A stretch of DNA of 64,000 nucleotides from Tubiluchus corallicola (GCA_030141605.1 JAQGDQ010002372.1:310001-374000), one strand, 5' to 3'; shown: positions 13,558 to 26,072, counted from the first letter of the stretch. Made by a program: numbers and translations. Notes: a model not told the origin generated them from the letters alone.

Positions 13558-16500
13558 TTAGAAAAACATTGAAAAGTGACATTTTGCTCTCCACTGACTA
13601 AACCGTAACGTGTTGTACATGTAAATAACGACCAGAGGAAATCGTGTAGATATGTAACTCTCGGGGTCTCTTATAATCGTTTGTGCCACGCTGCTTAAAC
13701 CATTGTAGTACTTAATCAGGTTTCTGCCAAATCGAATGAAATCAGCAAATGTATTCCTATAAGGCATCGTTGTTCCAGGGATTTCTTGCCAGAGGCAGTT
13801 GTTTACCATTTGTGTCCAATTTCCACAGGTCGACCTAGCAAACGCTTGCTCAAGTTCGAGAGGTACCAGATCTCCACTGCCTTTGCATCGTTTCATTTCT
13901 TGACACAACGCCCCGAGAAAGCGATTGCGTTGTTTAGTAGTCCAGAAATAAGGATGCGCTAGAACTTGTGCTATCGTTGGCCTGTCCATAGGGTTTCGCT
14001 GCAACATCCAAATCACCATATCATTGTATTCCGCATTTATGAACCTCAGAAATGGCGTTCCCGCATTAACATTCGCCTCGCATTCTAAACAATTGCTACC
14101 AAATGGATGTTCTCCACCGGTTAGAATAAAGTACGAAAGCATTCCTGAGATGAAGACGTCCGATTTTGCACTGTAGTTGGCAACTGGCTCGGCGATTCTA
14201 ATACATTCCGGGGGCTTCCAGTAGTTACTGTTCGACCACACTTCGTCTGAAACAGTTGAGTTGTCTGACTGAAGAAAAAGGCTAATTCCAGTGTCTGCCA
14301 ACCGTAACATACCTGACTCGTCAAGTAGGACATTGCTAGGCTTCAAACCACCATGGAGTATAGGACCTGGCTTTTGTGAATGTAGATAACTTACACCTCG
14401 GAAAAGCTGGTAAACCAAGATCTTGTTAAAATTCTCACTGCACGGTTTCTGCCTTATAGCTTGCAAATAGCTATATAAGTTATACTCACACAACTCCATG
14501 GGCAAAAAACCTCCTTCTCTGGTTTCCAAAAGACCCTAATAAAAAATAAATTATTAAAATTTAGATTAAAATAAAAAACGCGTTAAGATAAAAAAAACTT
14601 CTAACGCCACTTCTTACATCTATCTTCAGGATGTGTTGATCATTTAAGCTCCATAAACGAAATCTGGACACGATGTTTCGAAACTGTTGAAGTTTGTTCT
14701 TGCAAATGAACTTCAATGCTAACTCGGTTCCATCTTCATTAATGCCAAGCAAAACGCCACCTCCGTCAACTGATCTAAAAAAAGTTAATTTTTTGCAGCT
14801 GTAATGTAACCGTTCCAGAAACTTCCTGAACATGTAGTGGTTCGAGATTTGATCTCAAAAAGATGCAGCTCAAAAATTATATTTACCTCTTTCCAATAAA
14901 GAACTCATCGGAGTAACAAAATCGTATGGTTCCCTTCGTGATTAGATCACTGGCATGCATTGAGGCTAACTTTCTAAATTTGTCATTCCAACGCTTGCTA
15001 CGACTCTTCCAGTTTCCATTGGAAATGCTACCGTCACAATTGTGCAAGTCTTTCTGAAACAGCATTTCTCCAGGAGTGCTCATCTGTACGCCTTGTCTTT
15101 GGCTAGCATGGACCAGGTTATCTACTGCAGGTTCTGTTGATATACTAATTAAGGAACTAGAGGACATGCAATCAGTATCGTCAAAATCATTTTGTTGAAT
15201 GTTATTGTACCTGTCACCGTTGTAGGTACTATTTGGTGGTCTGAGATTTCCTATATTCCATTGTTGCAAATCATACCCACGACCATAACTACTTGTGGCT
15301 TGTGACATGGAAAGATTTACATCTGATGCGTGTGAAACAGCTTCATTAAATCCCACCGAATTTGTGCTGCTAGAAGAAGATGTGAAATTGAATCCATTAT
15401 CCTGCTGTGCAAATATTTCTGCGGGTGTAGACATCTGAGGAAGCACTTGAGCAGTTGGTTTCTGTTTGACTGTTGGACATTCGTTTTTCCTCATTTCAAC
15501 CACAACGTCAGCATTTTTTGGTAAGTACACCAGATGATTCCTATTGGTTGAGGATAAAACACCTGGTTGACGAAATGGTTTTTCTGATTGAGGCACGGTT
15601 ATAGTTTCCTGCTGAAATTCAATTCCTGGTGGAGGAATTACCATAGGAGCATTGCCACTGGAAAGTGGCATGTGATTTTTGTTCCAAGGAGGCATTGAAC
15701 CAGGAAAATTGCTCCAGAGTTGCTGAATAGCAACCTGAGGCAGTGTTGGAAAAAAACCAGGGGGTGGGGGCATCCTCCAGTATTGAACAAAAGGCGGTGG
15801 TCTAACCATGTGATTAATACCTGGTGGACATGGGATTTGACATTGGTTACTAAGATTGGGATTGTCATGTGGCACTGTACTGACATTGCATCCCACAGAA
15901 GTGGAATTTGAGTTTAGCAATGTTTCCTGCCAGTTAAAATTACTTTGTGCAGCCAGAGGAACAAGAGACTGGATTATGTTGTGAGAATTACTTTCGGAAC
16001 ATGTAGAACACCATTCTGGCCCAGACGGCAGATTCTGAATTTTTGAAGTGCAAGCCTGAAAGCTTTCGGATGGTTTGGATGATAACCCTGCTTCATTGGA
16101 AGATGTAGGTGTTGTATCGGCATTTCTAAGAACAATTTGACTGCCTGTGTTTTTGTTTGAGCAGTTTTCTTCACTGGTTGATAATTCTGGTGTTCTAACG
16201 TGATTTAGTGATGATTCCAACTCCCTATCTATCTGATCATAATTAAAACTTGAGCTGTCACTCAAATTTTGACTTTCATCACTATTTGTGTTTGTGAGTG
16301 ATTTCCCAACACTTACAGTTCTTTCTGGAGATTGAACTGTAGATGTTTGCCCCGAAATATCAGACTCATTTGATTCTACTGAAAAAGATTCATCAGATTG
16401 TGTCAAAGGTTGTATTAAGCAAGACTGTGAACGAGCAGTAACAACTTCTTGAATCCAATTGTTGATCATTCCCCTTTTTATTTCATCTCTAACGGGATCT

Positions 16501-19500
16501 TTTTCTGGTGAAACAGCCATATTGTTAACTGAAGAACGAGACAATATGTGTGACTCAGAACTTTTGAAAATTTTCAATAAAGGGCGTGACCAGTGATCAT
16601 CAAAGCCATCAAGTGTTTTCCATACGTTGGTAATATCAGCTTGTGTAATGTTGGCATTATCATTTGCTATGTGAATTACATCAGATTGTATACCCTGGTT
16701 CACGTCAGATACGACTGGCATTTGCTGGTTCTCAAAAACCACTGTTTCTGAGGATTTTGGTGTAATTTCATTTTTTGGCGTGTCGGCTTCCACATGTTCA
16801 CAGGAAATATTATTATTATTAACACTTATAATTTCAGTATTTTCTTCATATTTCACAATCCCATTATCTTGCTTGTCCTCTTCCAGTTTTTTTGCTTTTA
16901 ATTGCCTTGGGAGGAACTCAGCACAATCGTCTTCAGTACCATTATCATTGTCATTCCACTGAACAACTTCAGATGGCAAATTGATTCTATATGACGTAGT
17001 ATTTTGATTCACAGGTTCAATTTCATCTTTGTTGGAGATCAGGTGCAAGGTAAAAATAAAATCCAAACACAAAATTTCTTTTACGTTAGCTAATGTTAGT
17101 AATTGGTTACAACTGCATTCCTCATTGTCATGATCATGGTCGTTACCGCTTTCATTGTTTTCATTAGTGTTGAATAAGCTTTCCAAAATTGACGTGTCAT
17201 TACTGCTGCCATCTGTTAAAGGATCGTCGCCTTCTGATTCATCATTTGCAGTGTAATAACTTTCAGACGTCGATGTTGTAGATGTTGCATTTTCCACAAT
17301 GACTTTATCAGCATGCTTTTCCTTTCTATCACAGAGATGATTCGCAAAGTCACTGCTTGTTGTAATCTGTGATGATTCGTTGTTTCTATATGAATTATCG
17401 TCAGTGAAATGTTCCTTTTGCTGTAATTCACTGGAATGGTCTTCCGTCATTGTCTTATTAGTTTCTTCACTGCTGATGTGAACATTCTTATCTGAATTAC
17501 TTGTAGTTTTTTTAAATGTCTTCTGAGGACTTACTGGTGCTGATTTTGCTACACATTTTCCGTTTGGCAAATCCAGTCTTTTTCTTGATGGCACATCATT
17601 AACGTCATAGTACATGCCAACTGGTTGTTGCTGAGTTGTCTGCTCCCAAACGAAGAGTTGCTTGCTTCCATAATCAGAGTGTGTACGGTGTTTGGTAGGC
17701 GTTGTTTTGGTTTGAGTTTCTCGTGGCTTGCTTGATTCACCCTGCCCTTTTACTCCTGTTTTTGGTTTTATTACATTACCTGGTTTAATTACTTTTGATA
17801 CTTCATTCTGCGCTTTTTGTGGACTACATGTGCTCTTGTTATCCTGTGACATAGCTAAAAAGGTAGAAGATGGATGTTTTGCTTCTGCATGTTGCAAAGC
17901 AGTTGCGGTTTTCTCTGTAGCAGTCCACTTTATGAAATCCTCTATCTCGATTCTGCTTATTTTCACGTTTTTTGGTAGCAGGTAGTCAGAATCTGTAAAA
18001 GCAAGCCAAGGGTTTAATTCTTCTTCTGAATTTTTTATATGCTTTGTCTTTTTCTTTGCTTTTTCCACAACCTCAAATCTATCACCAACATCAACCGGAT
18101 AAGCAAAACCATGATTTAAACCCTTCGTGTAATCATCATAAATAGTTTCATCAGTAGATGATTTGGAATTTTTGTCCTTATCTCCCTTGAGCTTTTTATC
18201 TTCCCATAATTTCTCAACCTCAATTGTTCCGTCTTGGCCATGTTTAAGCTTACATTGAGATTGTTTTGGTTTCTTCTTGATTTTGGACATCTTATCTGTG
18301 GCACTGTCTTCGTTATAAGGACTTGTTGTTTCTGATTTTTTGACATCTGGGGATTTATTTTTTGCCTCAAGCTGATTATGCGGCATTTCGTTTACGTCAT
18401 CACTGTCTCCTTCATTTCCTAATCTTCCATTCGATCTAGTGGAGCTGTAACTGCCATCTAGTTTTTTTGAATTTTCTCGGTGACGTCGCTTTTTTTCACG
18501 CTTCCTGGCTTTTCTGGCCTTATCGCGCTCTTCGGATTTTAATAACTCGTTCTCATGAACAGCAGCCAATTGTTGCTCGACTTCGTTAAACTTTGCTTCA
18601 AAGGCTTCCCACAGCCTCTTAATGTGTGCCTTTTCATCTTCTTTGTGTGAAATGCAATACATTCGTTCAAAAGTCGTAAGAAATGGTTTCAACTTGTGAT
18701 AGTTGTTCTGGAGCCACTTGAAACCTTCTGGTGCATCGCAGAGAGCAACTACTATCACGAGGCTGGTCACCAGGACTTGAAGATTTTCCATGTGACCCTT
18801 TGAGTATTTTACAGCTACTTTGATAAAAAATTCCAGTTTAGATTTGTCTATCAGGTAAGATGCAAAACGATTGTCTATCGTATTGTCTTCATTAAGGATC
18901 AGCTCTTTGCAGAATGTGCAAGATGCCAGAACAATTTCTTCTTGTGTCATGAACCTTTGGATGACCTGTATAGTAGCATCCAGTGTTTCGTATTCATCCA
19001 TGTGATGTTTTACGTCTGGACTTCTTTTTAAAACGGCCGTCAGGCTTGGATAAAGATACTCCGTGTAAAACCGTGAAGCGCTGCGTGCTTTTGGATCTAA
19101 CATTCTCTCTGTTCTATTCTGAAAATGTAAAGCTTTATAAGAAACGACTTAGACAAAAAAGTGTGAACTTCTCTTTGAAACTGCAGGCTGAAATGTTGTG
19201 GATGCGGATGACCACACTACTTTTCGCCATTCACCCAATGCAATATTTCATTTCAAACACACTGCAGCGGAGCCTACTTCTTTGCTTGTAGAAGACCGAA
19301 AGCAGCGTAGTGAACGACACTTCAGGCTGCAGTTCAAAGCAGAGGTTAAGTTTTAATTGACATAACTGTATGGCTTCGTTTGCAAAAGATAGGCAGTCAT
19401 AGGTCTGATCTGAAATACTGGTGCGCCGTAAAGCAAGTAGCTCGTACGGAAAATGGAATTTACTACCAAGCAAGGACTATAACAAGTGACCAAGTGTTGA

Positions 19501-22500
19501 ACAAATCAGAACGGATCTTTCTTCACTAGAGAAAGAAGAAAAGAGAAGGAGAAACATAGCGATGTGCAGCACAGTACCCACAGTTAATTAGTGCTTAAAA
19601 ATGTATTTTGTTCACTATTTTAAAAACAACTAAATGGTATTTGTTTTAGTTATACGTAAAAAACAACTAGCTAGTCCAAAACTGACATCCACTTTTTCAT
19701 TGTTTTATTTGTTTTTTCGACGCTGCGTCAGGAAATGATAACCAATTTGAGCATTTTTATGAATTAACCGCATTATTTTTGAAAAGCTAATTAGCTGCTT
19801 TTTAGTAATATAGAGACGTGTCTTAAAAGTGAAAGTTTAATAACCAACAAAATTTCGTTCTTACCTTAATGTAAACTGATATACATGTGTTACAATCTTT
19901 TGGACTGCATTTGCATTCTTTCCATAGCGTTTCCTTCATCTTTGGTACTTTACTGACCAATGCCAGGCAAACAGGGGTAATCCCAGCCTAAAAATATCAG
20001 AAACATAAATTGTGTATGCAAAAACTAATTACCCTTATCAATGACCAACATTCATATATGGCAAATGCAATGGCTACATACGACAAATACACTTTTTTCT
20101 CATTTATAGCAAAACATTAAAACAAACAAGCAAATGTGCAAACAATTAAACAAACAAATAAACAAACATATATAAACAAATTACAACCACAAATGAAAAC
20201 AGATTTGGCATCACTTCTGACATTTGGGGCTAGGCGACCGAGATTTTAGCAGAGCCTCATAGGCTAGGTTAAAGTCTTTGGCCTGTTAATAGCGTTCATT
20301 ATTGACACAAACGCAAATTATACGTGTAGTAAAAAAACTTGAAGCCATTGCGTGAGCTTGCGCGTTACAACAAAATTGGTAAGTACTTAGTACTAGTTAT
20401 TGGTACCTTATTTTCCAGAAGAGCGTTACATTTAGCTTCAAGTAGCTTAAGCAGTACTGCTGGATAGCCGTTTTCTGCCGCTAGATGGAGTGCGGAATTA
20501 CCATCGGCGTACCGCTGCAAGTTTTTAAATTTGTTCACATTGGGTCGTTTAAGAAGAAAATCAACACAGCTTTCCCAGCCTCTTTCAGCAGCTATAATGA
20601 GTACTGTTTCACCTAGCTAAAGCAAAATGTATGATTCAGAATTGTAGCTTGGTTGCTAACACATAGGTTTTCGTATCGACGTAAACAATTGTTTGCAAGG
20701 TCTTGCTACATAATTACTGTTTATTTGTTTGCAACCTTACCAAGCAAGAATAGCATAAGGAAATTTAAACAAAACAAACGCCCTGCTATTCATCATGCAC
20801 TATTAAAAATTAATGAACAGCTAATAAATATTCGCGCTGGTGACTCAGCTAAAAGAGCCCATTTATAGCTAGTGCGGAAATGGCGCGCTGTCACTAAAAC
20901 AATGAATTATTAACAAAAAGCGACTACATAAATTATATTTTGCAAATGCATGAGTGCAGAACTTTTCGTGAGTGACTGTACGTAAGCCATACAGGAAAAC
21001 ATAGGAAACTGTGGTAGTACGTCGACGATTATGGTGCCTTGACGATCTGCTCTTTTTGAATTACATGTAGTTAGTAGTGAAAATTTGTCCAATAATTAAA
21101 AATACTTTGTGTTATCCGAATATACTTTAAACATTCATTTACGCTCTTGCTTTTAATTGTCGAAATGTCTGATAATAACTTTTTGCTTCACTTCTTTGCC
21201 GAAGTCTTATTTCTTTGATTTCACTTCCCCTTTGCAGCACATGCTAAAACAAAGCCCGTTTCCTTACTTAGACTTTTTTATTCAGTTTAGCACTCTGCAA
21301 GCCAGGATCCAGCATTCATTGACAGATCTTACTTAATGTAGCTGCCGTGGTAAGACCAGAACCTATTTTATTGTGAAGGGTAATTCTCTAAGATATCTTT
21401 GTCAACATTGGTTCTACATATAATACGTCCTGCTTCAACAAAACAAATGATTCATGGGCAGCGTTGTAGATGAGACCGCCCAAAGGCAGTATTTCAGGTA
21501 GTCACGCACTTAGTTGCCGACCAAAATCAACGCCAAACACACGGGCAATTCTCCCTCAAAACACAACAGTGATTATTACACACACAGTAATCAATAAACA
21601 AATCCGCATGTTATCAGTAGTATCACTTTACAAGTGTATGATAAATGCTTGTGAAACTGAATCCATAACCTCTTATATGACAAGCACATCCGATATTACC
21701 ATATAAGAAACTCTGGCCCATACACGAAAACAGTCCATTTATGGCATTCTAGTCCTATAATCTTAATTTTTTGTTTCTTTATATTAGTTCATAAAAACTG
21801 ACGTCGATGGTAAATCACTATTTAATAAAAGAGAAGATAAAAGAAAAGATTAAAGTTTATTAAATACCACAACTAAATACGATGCAACAGGGTTGCTCTC
21901 TTTTCTCGTTCGCCTGCCAATATCGTGTCTGCCAATATAGCCTGCTAATTCGCCTGCCAATAATCTAACCCATCAACATGAGCAATAGTGCTGCCCAGCA
22001 TGCGTGCAACAATAGCAAAGCATATATTTCAAAGGTAGAGATGATGTTGTACCTTGGTTAGATATCAAAGGTGAAACGATGGCAAATTAAAAAAAAACAA
22101 TTATGCTAGGATGGAAGTCAACCGATATACCTAAAACGGAACCTGGGTATTGAAGACTTGAATATCCTTCACTTGTGGGTAATACTTTCTTTCATTGCCT
22201 GACACCTAGAACTTTTTTATTGAAACATGTAATAATACTTCGAATTTGATAGCTAGTTCTAGGAATGGAATTACGGGAATGGTTTACCTTATTAGCGTAG
22301 CTAAAATCAATGTGGGGTTCATGGTTAATCAGCAGTGAAAAATTGGCCGCATTTCCATTCTTTGTAGCCATCATGATCGCGTTGGAACCATCCTATAAAA
22401 TGGAAAAAATGAAAAAAAACATTCTAGTAACAAATTTCATGTTAATTAAAAGAAATTTGTTGACTAACCAATAAAAATACGTGCTCGAGCAACTGTGTTA

Positions 22501-25500
22501 CATAAAGGCCGAACAAAAGCGTGGACAGATAAGCGAACAATTAATTTCACAAAAACAAATCTATAAAGAAATTAACTAATGCATTAATGAACGATCGACA
22601 AATAAATGATTAAAGAATTAACAATAGACAGAACATAACTCGCATAAACAATTGATAGAATGGCTAAACTTAAACAGCAAACAAATTAAAAAGTGAACCG
22701 ACAAATCGCTGCCCAGCAGATGTTCCATTAAGAAGGTGAAAAAGTATACGAAAGCAAGAGTTGGGCAAACTATCAAATGAAAAAAGGATAGACACAGACA
22801 GAAAAAAATGGCTAGACAAATATTCAAATTTCTTTTGCTGCCAAAATTAACTTACCAAAGACGTGGCATTTACGTCAGCTCCAGCTTTCAGCAATCTCTC
22901 AGTGATTTCTGGCCAGCTGTGTTTGCAAGAAACCAGTAAGGCTGTGGCTCCATCCTGTAATAAAATTTTGCAATATCTCTTGACTTTTTCGATAAAACTA
23001 TTCAGCAGACACGTAGCCAGGGGGGAGCCTGAAAACTTCCCCTTCACTGAATTTAAAAAAAATTATGAATGTTTTGTTTCCTAGTTGTCCGATGGATCGT
23101 ATTAAACAATTGAAGAATTAACGAATAAACAACATTTGATTTAATGTGCTAACATTTTTATTTGTTATGTGTATTTTCTCTTTCAAATGCTTTTTGTGGT
23201 TAAACTTTTAAAATACTATTTATATGCTTCTTTCGCGAGAGCTTCTGAAAGCATGTGACAAACAACAGTTTCCTAAATTATGTTTACTGTTGACAATAGG
23301 TGTTGTCATTCCAGTGTCTATAAGCACACCAGAAAGAACTTTCTCTGACTTACCTGTGCCTTATTTTCCGCGCCAATTTTCCTGTGCTATTTTTACCTGT
23401 ACCATTCGTTTTTGTCTCAAAAAATTTGCTTAGCTTGAGTGCAACATTGAGTTAAAGATTTACGTTGCGTACTTCACTTTACTCAAGGCGTACCAACCTA
23501 TGTTAACCCGCGTAGCTTGCGTGGTATAGTTTCAAATGTTTTACTCAAGACACTAAATTTGAATCATCTTTAAAAATTTGTCACTATTGAACACATAATT
23601 TACGACAAGCAGTTATGAAATCTAGTTAATGACCGTAACTTGTTATGTGTGCCACAAAATTATTTATAAGAAAAAGTAACTCAAAATAAATTTATATCTC
23701 TTGCGTAATTATGTAACTTTCGCAACATAAACTAAATAGTATAGAAGTTCAAACAGTAGCTCAGTTTTTATAGCACGCATAAATTCATAACAATAACAAA
23801 TAAAGTTATCGTTCTTACAGTTAATTTTTATGCCATTCTTTACTTATTTGTAGTAGATCCTACATGCACTTGGCGCGAAATTTGGTACGGAATTACGGTA
23901 CGATATTTTATCGTACTAGTACGATACGATTCGATTTTGTAGGTCCGGCACGGAATTATGGTACGGTATTTTTTAGAGGTACGAAGTGCGGTATTTTTCG
24001 TACCGTACCGTGCCGTACTGCCAGCCATGCCCACATGTACCTGAACAAAGACGAAATAGACATTGAAAATGTAATACAGGGGTTTGCAGACCTCAAAAAG
24101 GCACATTATTTTATAAGTTACAGTTACAAATAATTTTGTAATTTATTCTATTGTAATTACGATGAACTTTAAGTAAACTCTACCTTTAATAAAAATTGAA
24201 AACAAAACTTTACTTTTAATTATACATGGCGAACCCAATTTGTTTACGAGGTATGGGAGTGCAAACTGTATTAGACTACACAGTACATCTATTAGTGACT
24301 ACCTCATTCCCACTCCCATGGACTGAGCTCCGAAATTCAATTTAAGCATTGGACCAGATAGGTGTTACTGCCTCATTAAAGGGTGAGTACTACCTCTCGC
24401 AATGACCTAGGTAAATTGATAGATAAAACCACAGCTTGATGACCTGTAGAAGCGTTTTTCTCAGTTGGCCACAGATTGACGGGCCGATTTGTCAGCCAAG
24501 CGAAAACCTCGAGCAGTGGCCAGTGAATGGATAGGAGGCGCCGATACAATATTCCTGCTGAGGAATTTATCTGTCATACTGCTTATGAATATTCAAATAA
24601 AAGTCTTAGTAAACTGCTCAGCCTTTTCTATTTAGAATAACCTTAAAATTGCAATGTCAAGCAAACAGGTGATTTTTATATTAGTTTGTTAACAAAGTCG
24701 ATGTTAATATCTTAATACATGAGCTTAGTGACCAAGATTAAGCAAAATCATGGTTGGAGACTATTAACACCACCGCGTTCTGTGCGATTGTATTCAAACT
24801 GTTTTCCTCTTAGAGGGACGATGCATTCACATCCGAATATGCAAAAATCATACCGGCATAGTATTACAGCTTAGAATATTAGAACCGATAGTGATAATTG
24901 ATAATTCCGCCATCACCATCCACATTAAGTAGGCGCTAGCATTGAGTATTGTAGACCAGCTTGAAAGTGCCAAACTGTATAAAAATCAACTGTTAGCTGA
25001 AAGAATGCAGTTTACGGTAGCAACATGTTTAGAGATACGAAGGGTCTACTTACGTCATTGAAGCTAGCGTTGACGCAACTCTTATCTTCTATGAGCTTTT
25101 CTACAGCTTTTACGTGGCCGACAGAAGCAGCGACTAATAATGTTGGATACGGAAAATCCTGCAAAATAAAAGAAATAAGAAAGCATGTCCGGGATTTCGC
25201 AAATTCACGGAGAGAACGTCGTTACGGTTCATTAAGTAACAAAAGATTCGTTATGGAACAGTATTATGTATCAAAGTAATACAGGGGTTGGTCTTGGTCT
25301 GTGGGTAGGCCCTGAAGACCAGACCCCAGATAGACCAGCCGTAGACCACAGACAGACCAACCAGATCTGTGACAAATGAGATTTCAGATAAATCAGAAAC
25401 CCCAGACTGATCAGCCACAAATTACACTACAGATATATTAGATTTCAAACAGATCAGTAAAATCAACCACATACCAGACCTCTGTCGACCTTATAAGGAC

Positions 25501-26072
25501 GTTATATTTTTAACAGCAACAACAACAACAAGAATAAACAACGGCTTCTACTAAAGTATAAAAACACCGTTGATTTGAAATTTGCAAACAGGATTAACCA
25601 AAATGTAAGACGACTGAGAGACATGTAGTGCAGTTGATATCAAGAAACTTTTTCGATGTTTAGTAGATGAGTGTTCATACACACTATAACTGTACAAAAA
25701 TCACACGCTCAATAATTTTACTTTTTACGACAATTGTGGTTAAACGTACCCAAGGGAAAAAAGCTAAGGGTTAGAGCTAATATTAACACACTTGGCTATG
25801 ACAGACCAAGATAATAATATTTATCTGACCTATCATAACAAAAAAACTAGCTGCTATAGCTACAAGTTACTGCGTTTCACAAGAATTACCAAATTTTCAA
25901 AAGAAATAGTTCCTCTAGGGTCCAGTCGGTTTTCTTTCATTAATTCATCTAGGGCTAATCGAACATTCTCGGCTGTCACATCTACTTCTTTCTTATCCTT
26001 CTTCTTGCGAGTTCCGCATTCAGCGTCTTCAGCTTTCACTACAGGTGAGTTTTTTCTTTTTATTTCAGTCAT
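13558..26072 (-). CDS. RNase L-like protein (ankyrin repeats + long spacer + IRE1/RNase L-type pseudokinase + KEN domain), ~2063 aa. Exons: 26072-25890, 25158-25054, 22954-22856, 22392-22288, 20616-20407, 19987-19865, 19118-14887, 14774-14618, 14535-13558.
   Basis: All exons have AG/GT boundaries with compatible phases; total 6192 nt ending in TAA. Ankyrin motifs: DGATALLVSC..GADVNA, GETVLIIAAERG, DGNSALHLAAENG, GITPVCLA. Kinase motifs: ELALK, MELCEYNL, HGGLKPSNVLL, LADTG, KSDVF..G, GGEHPFG, RPTIAQVLAHPYFW. KEN: YRNTFADFIRFGRNL...DPESYISTRFPLVVIYMY. Confidence 0.85.
23006..24115 (+). mobile_element. hAT transposase C-terminal remnant interrupted by other insertions, in intron 2 of the RNase L-like gene
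   Basis: FPKLCLLLTIGVVIPVSISTPERTFSDL matches the hAT dimerisation motif (23269-23352). HMYLNKDEIDIENVIQGFADLK (24033-24100) looks like the hAT C-terminus. A TIR-like CAGACACGTAGCCAGGGGGG lies at 23006. Confidence 0.6.
23866..24030. repeat. GTACG-rich element end (MITE-like)
   Basis: Clustered GGTACG/CGTACC motifs ending cgtaccgtaccgtgccgtactgccagccatg. Confidence 0.45.

Noticed and set aside
13558-14774. Calling the kinase-KEN gene IRE1
   Set aside because: No signal peptide or luminal domain, N-terminal ankyrins are present, the HRD Asp is missing, and the pre-kinase motif is RNase L-like.
18735-18785. Hydrophobic stretch LQVLVTSLVIVVALC as a transmembrane helix
   Set aside because: Only about 15 residues and embedded in an amphipathic helical region, so more likely a buried helix. 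Not formally excluded.
19231-19525. Extra exon or 80-aa ORF after a strong polypyrimidine tract at ~19530
   Set aside because: All three frames from that acceptor hit stops, and the flanking exons already join in frame.
25280-25495. AGACC-rich cluster as a structured array or CRISPR
   Set aside because: Irregular short motifs with no constant repeat-spacer period; probably a decayed MITE, and the context is eukaryotic.
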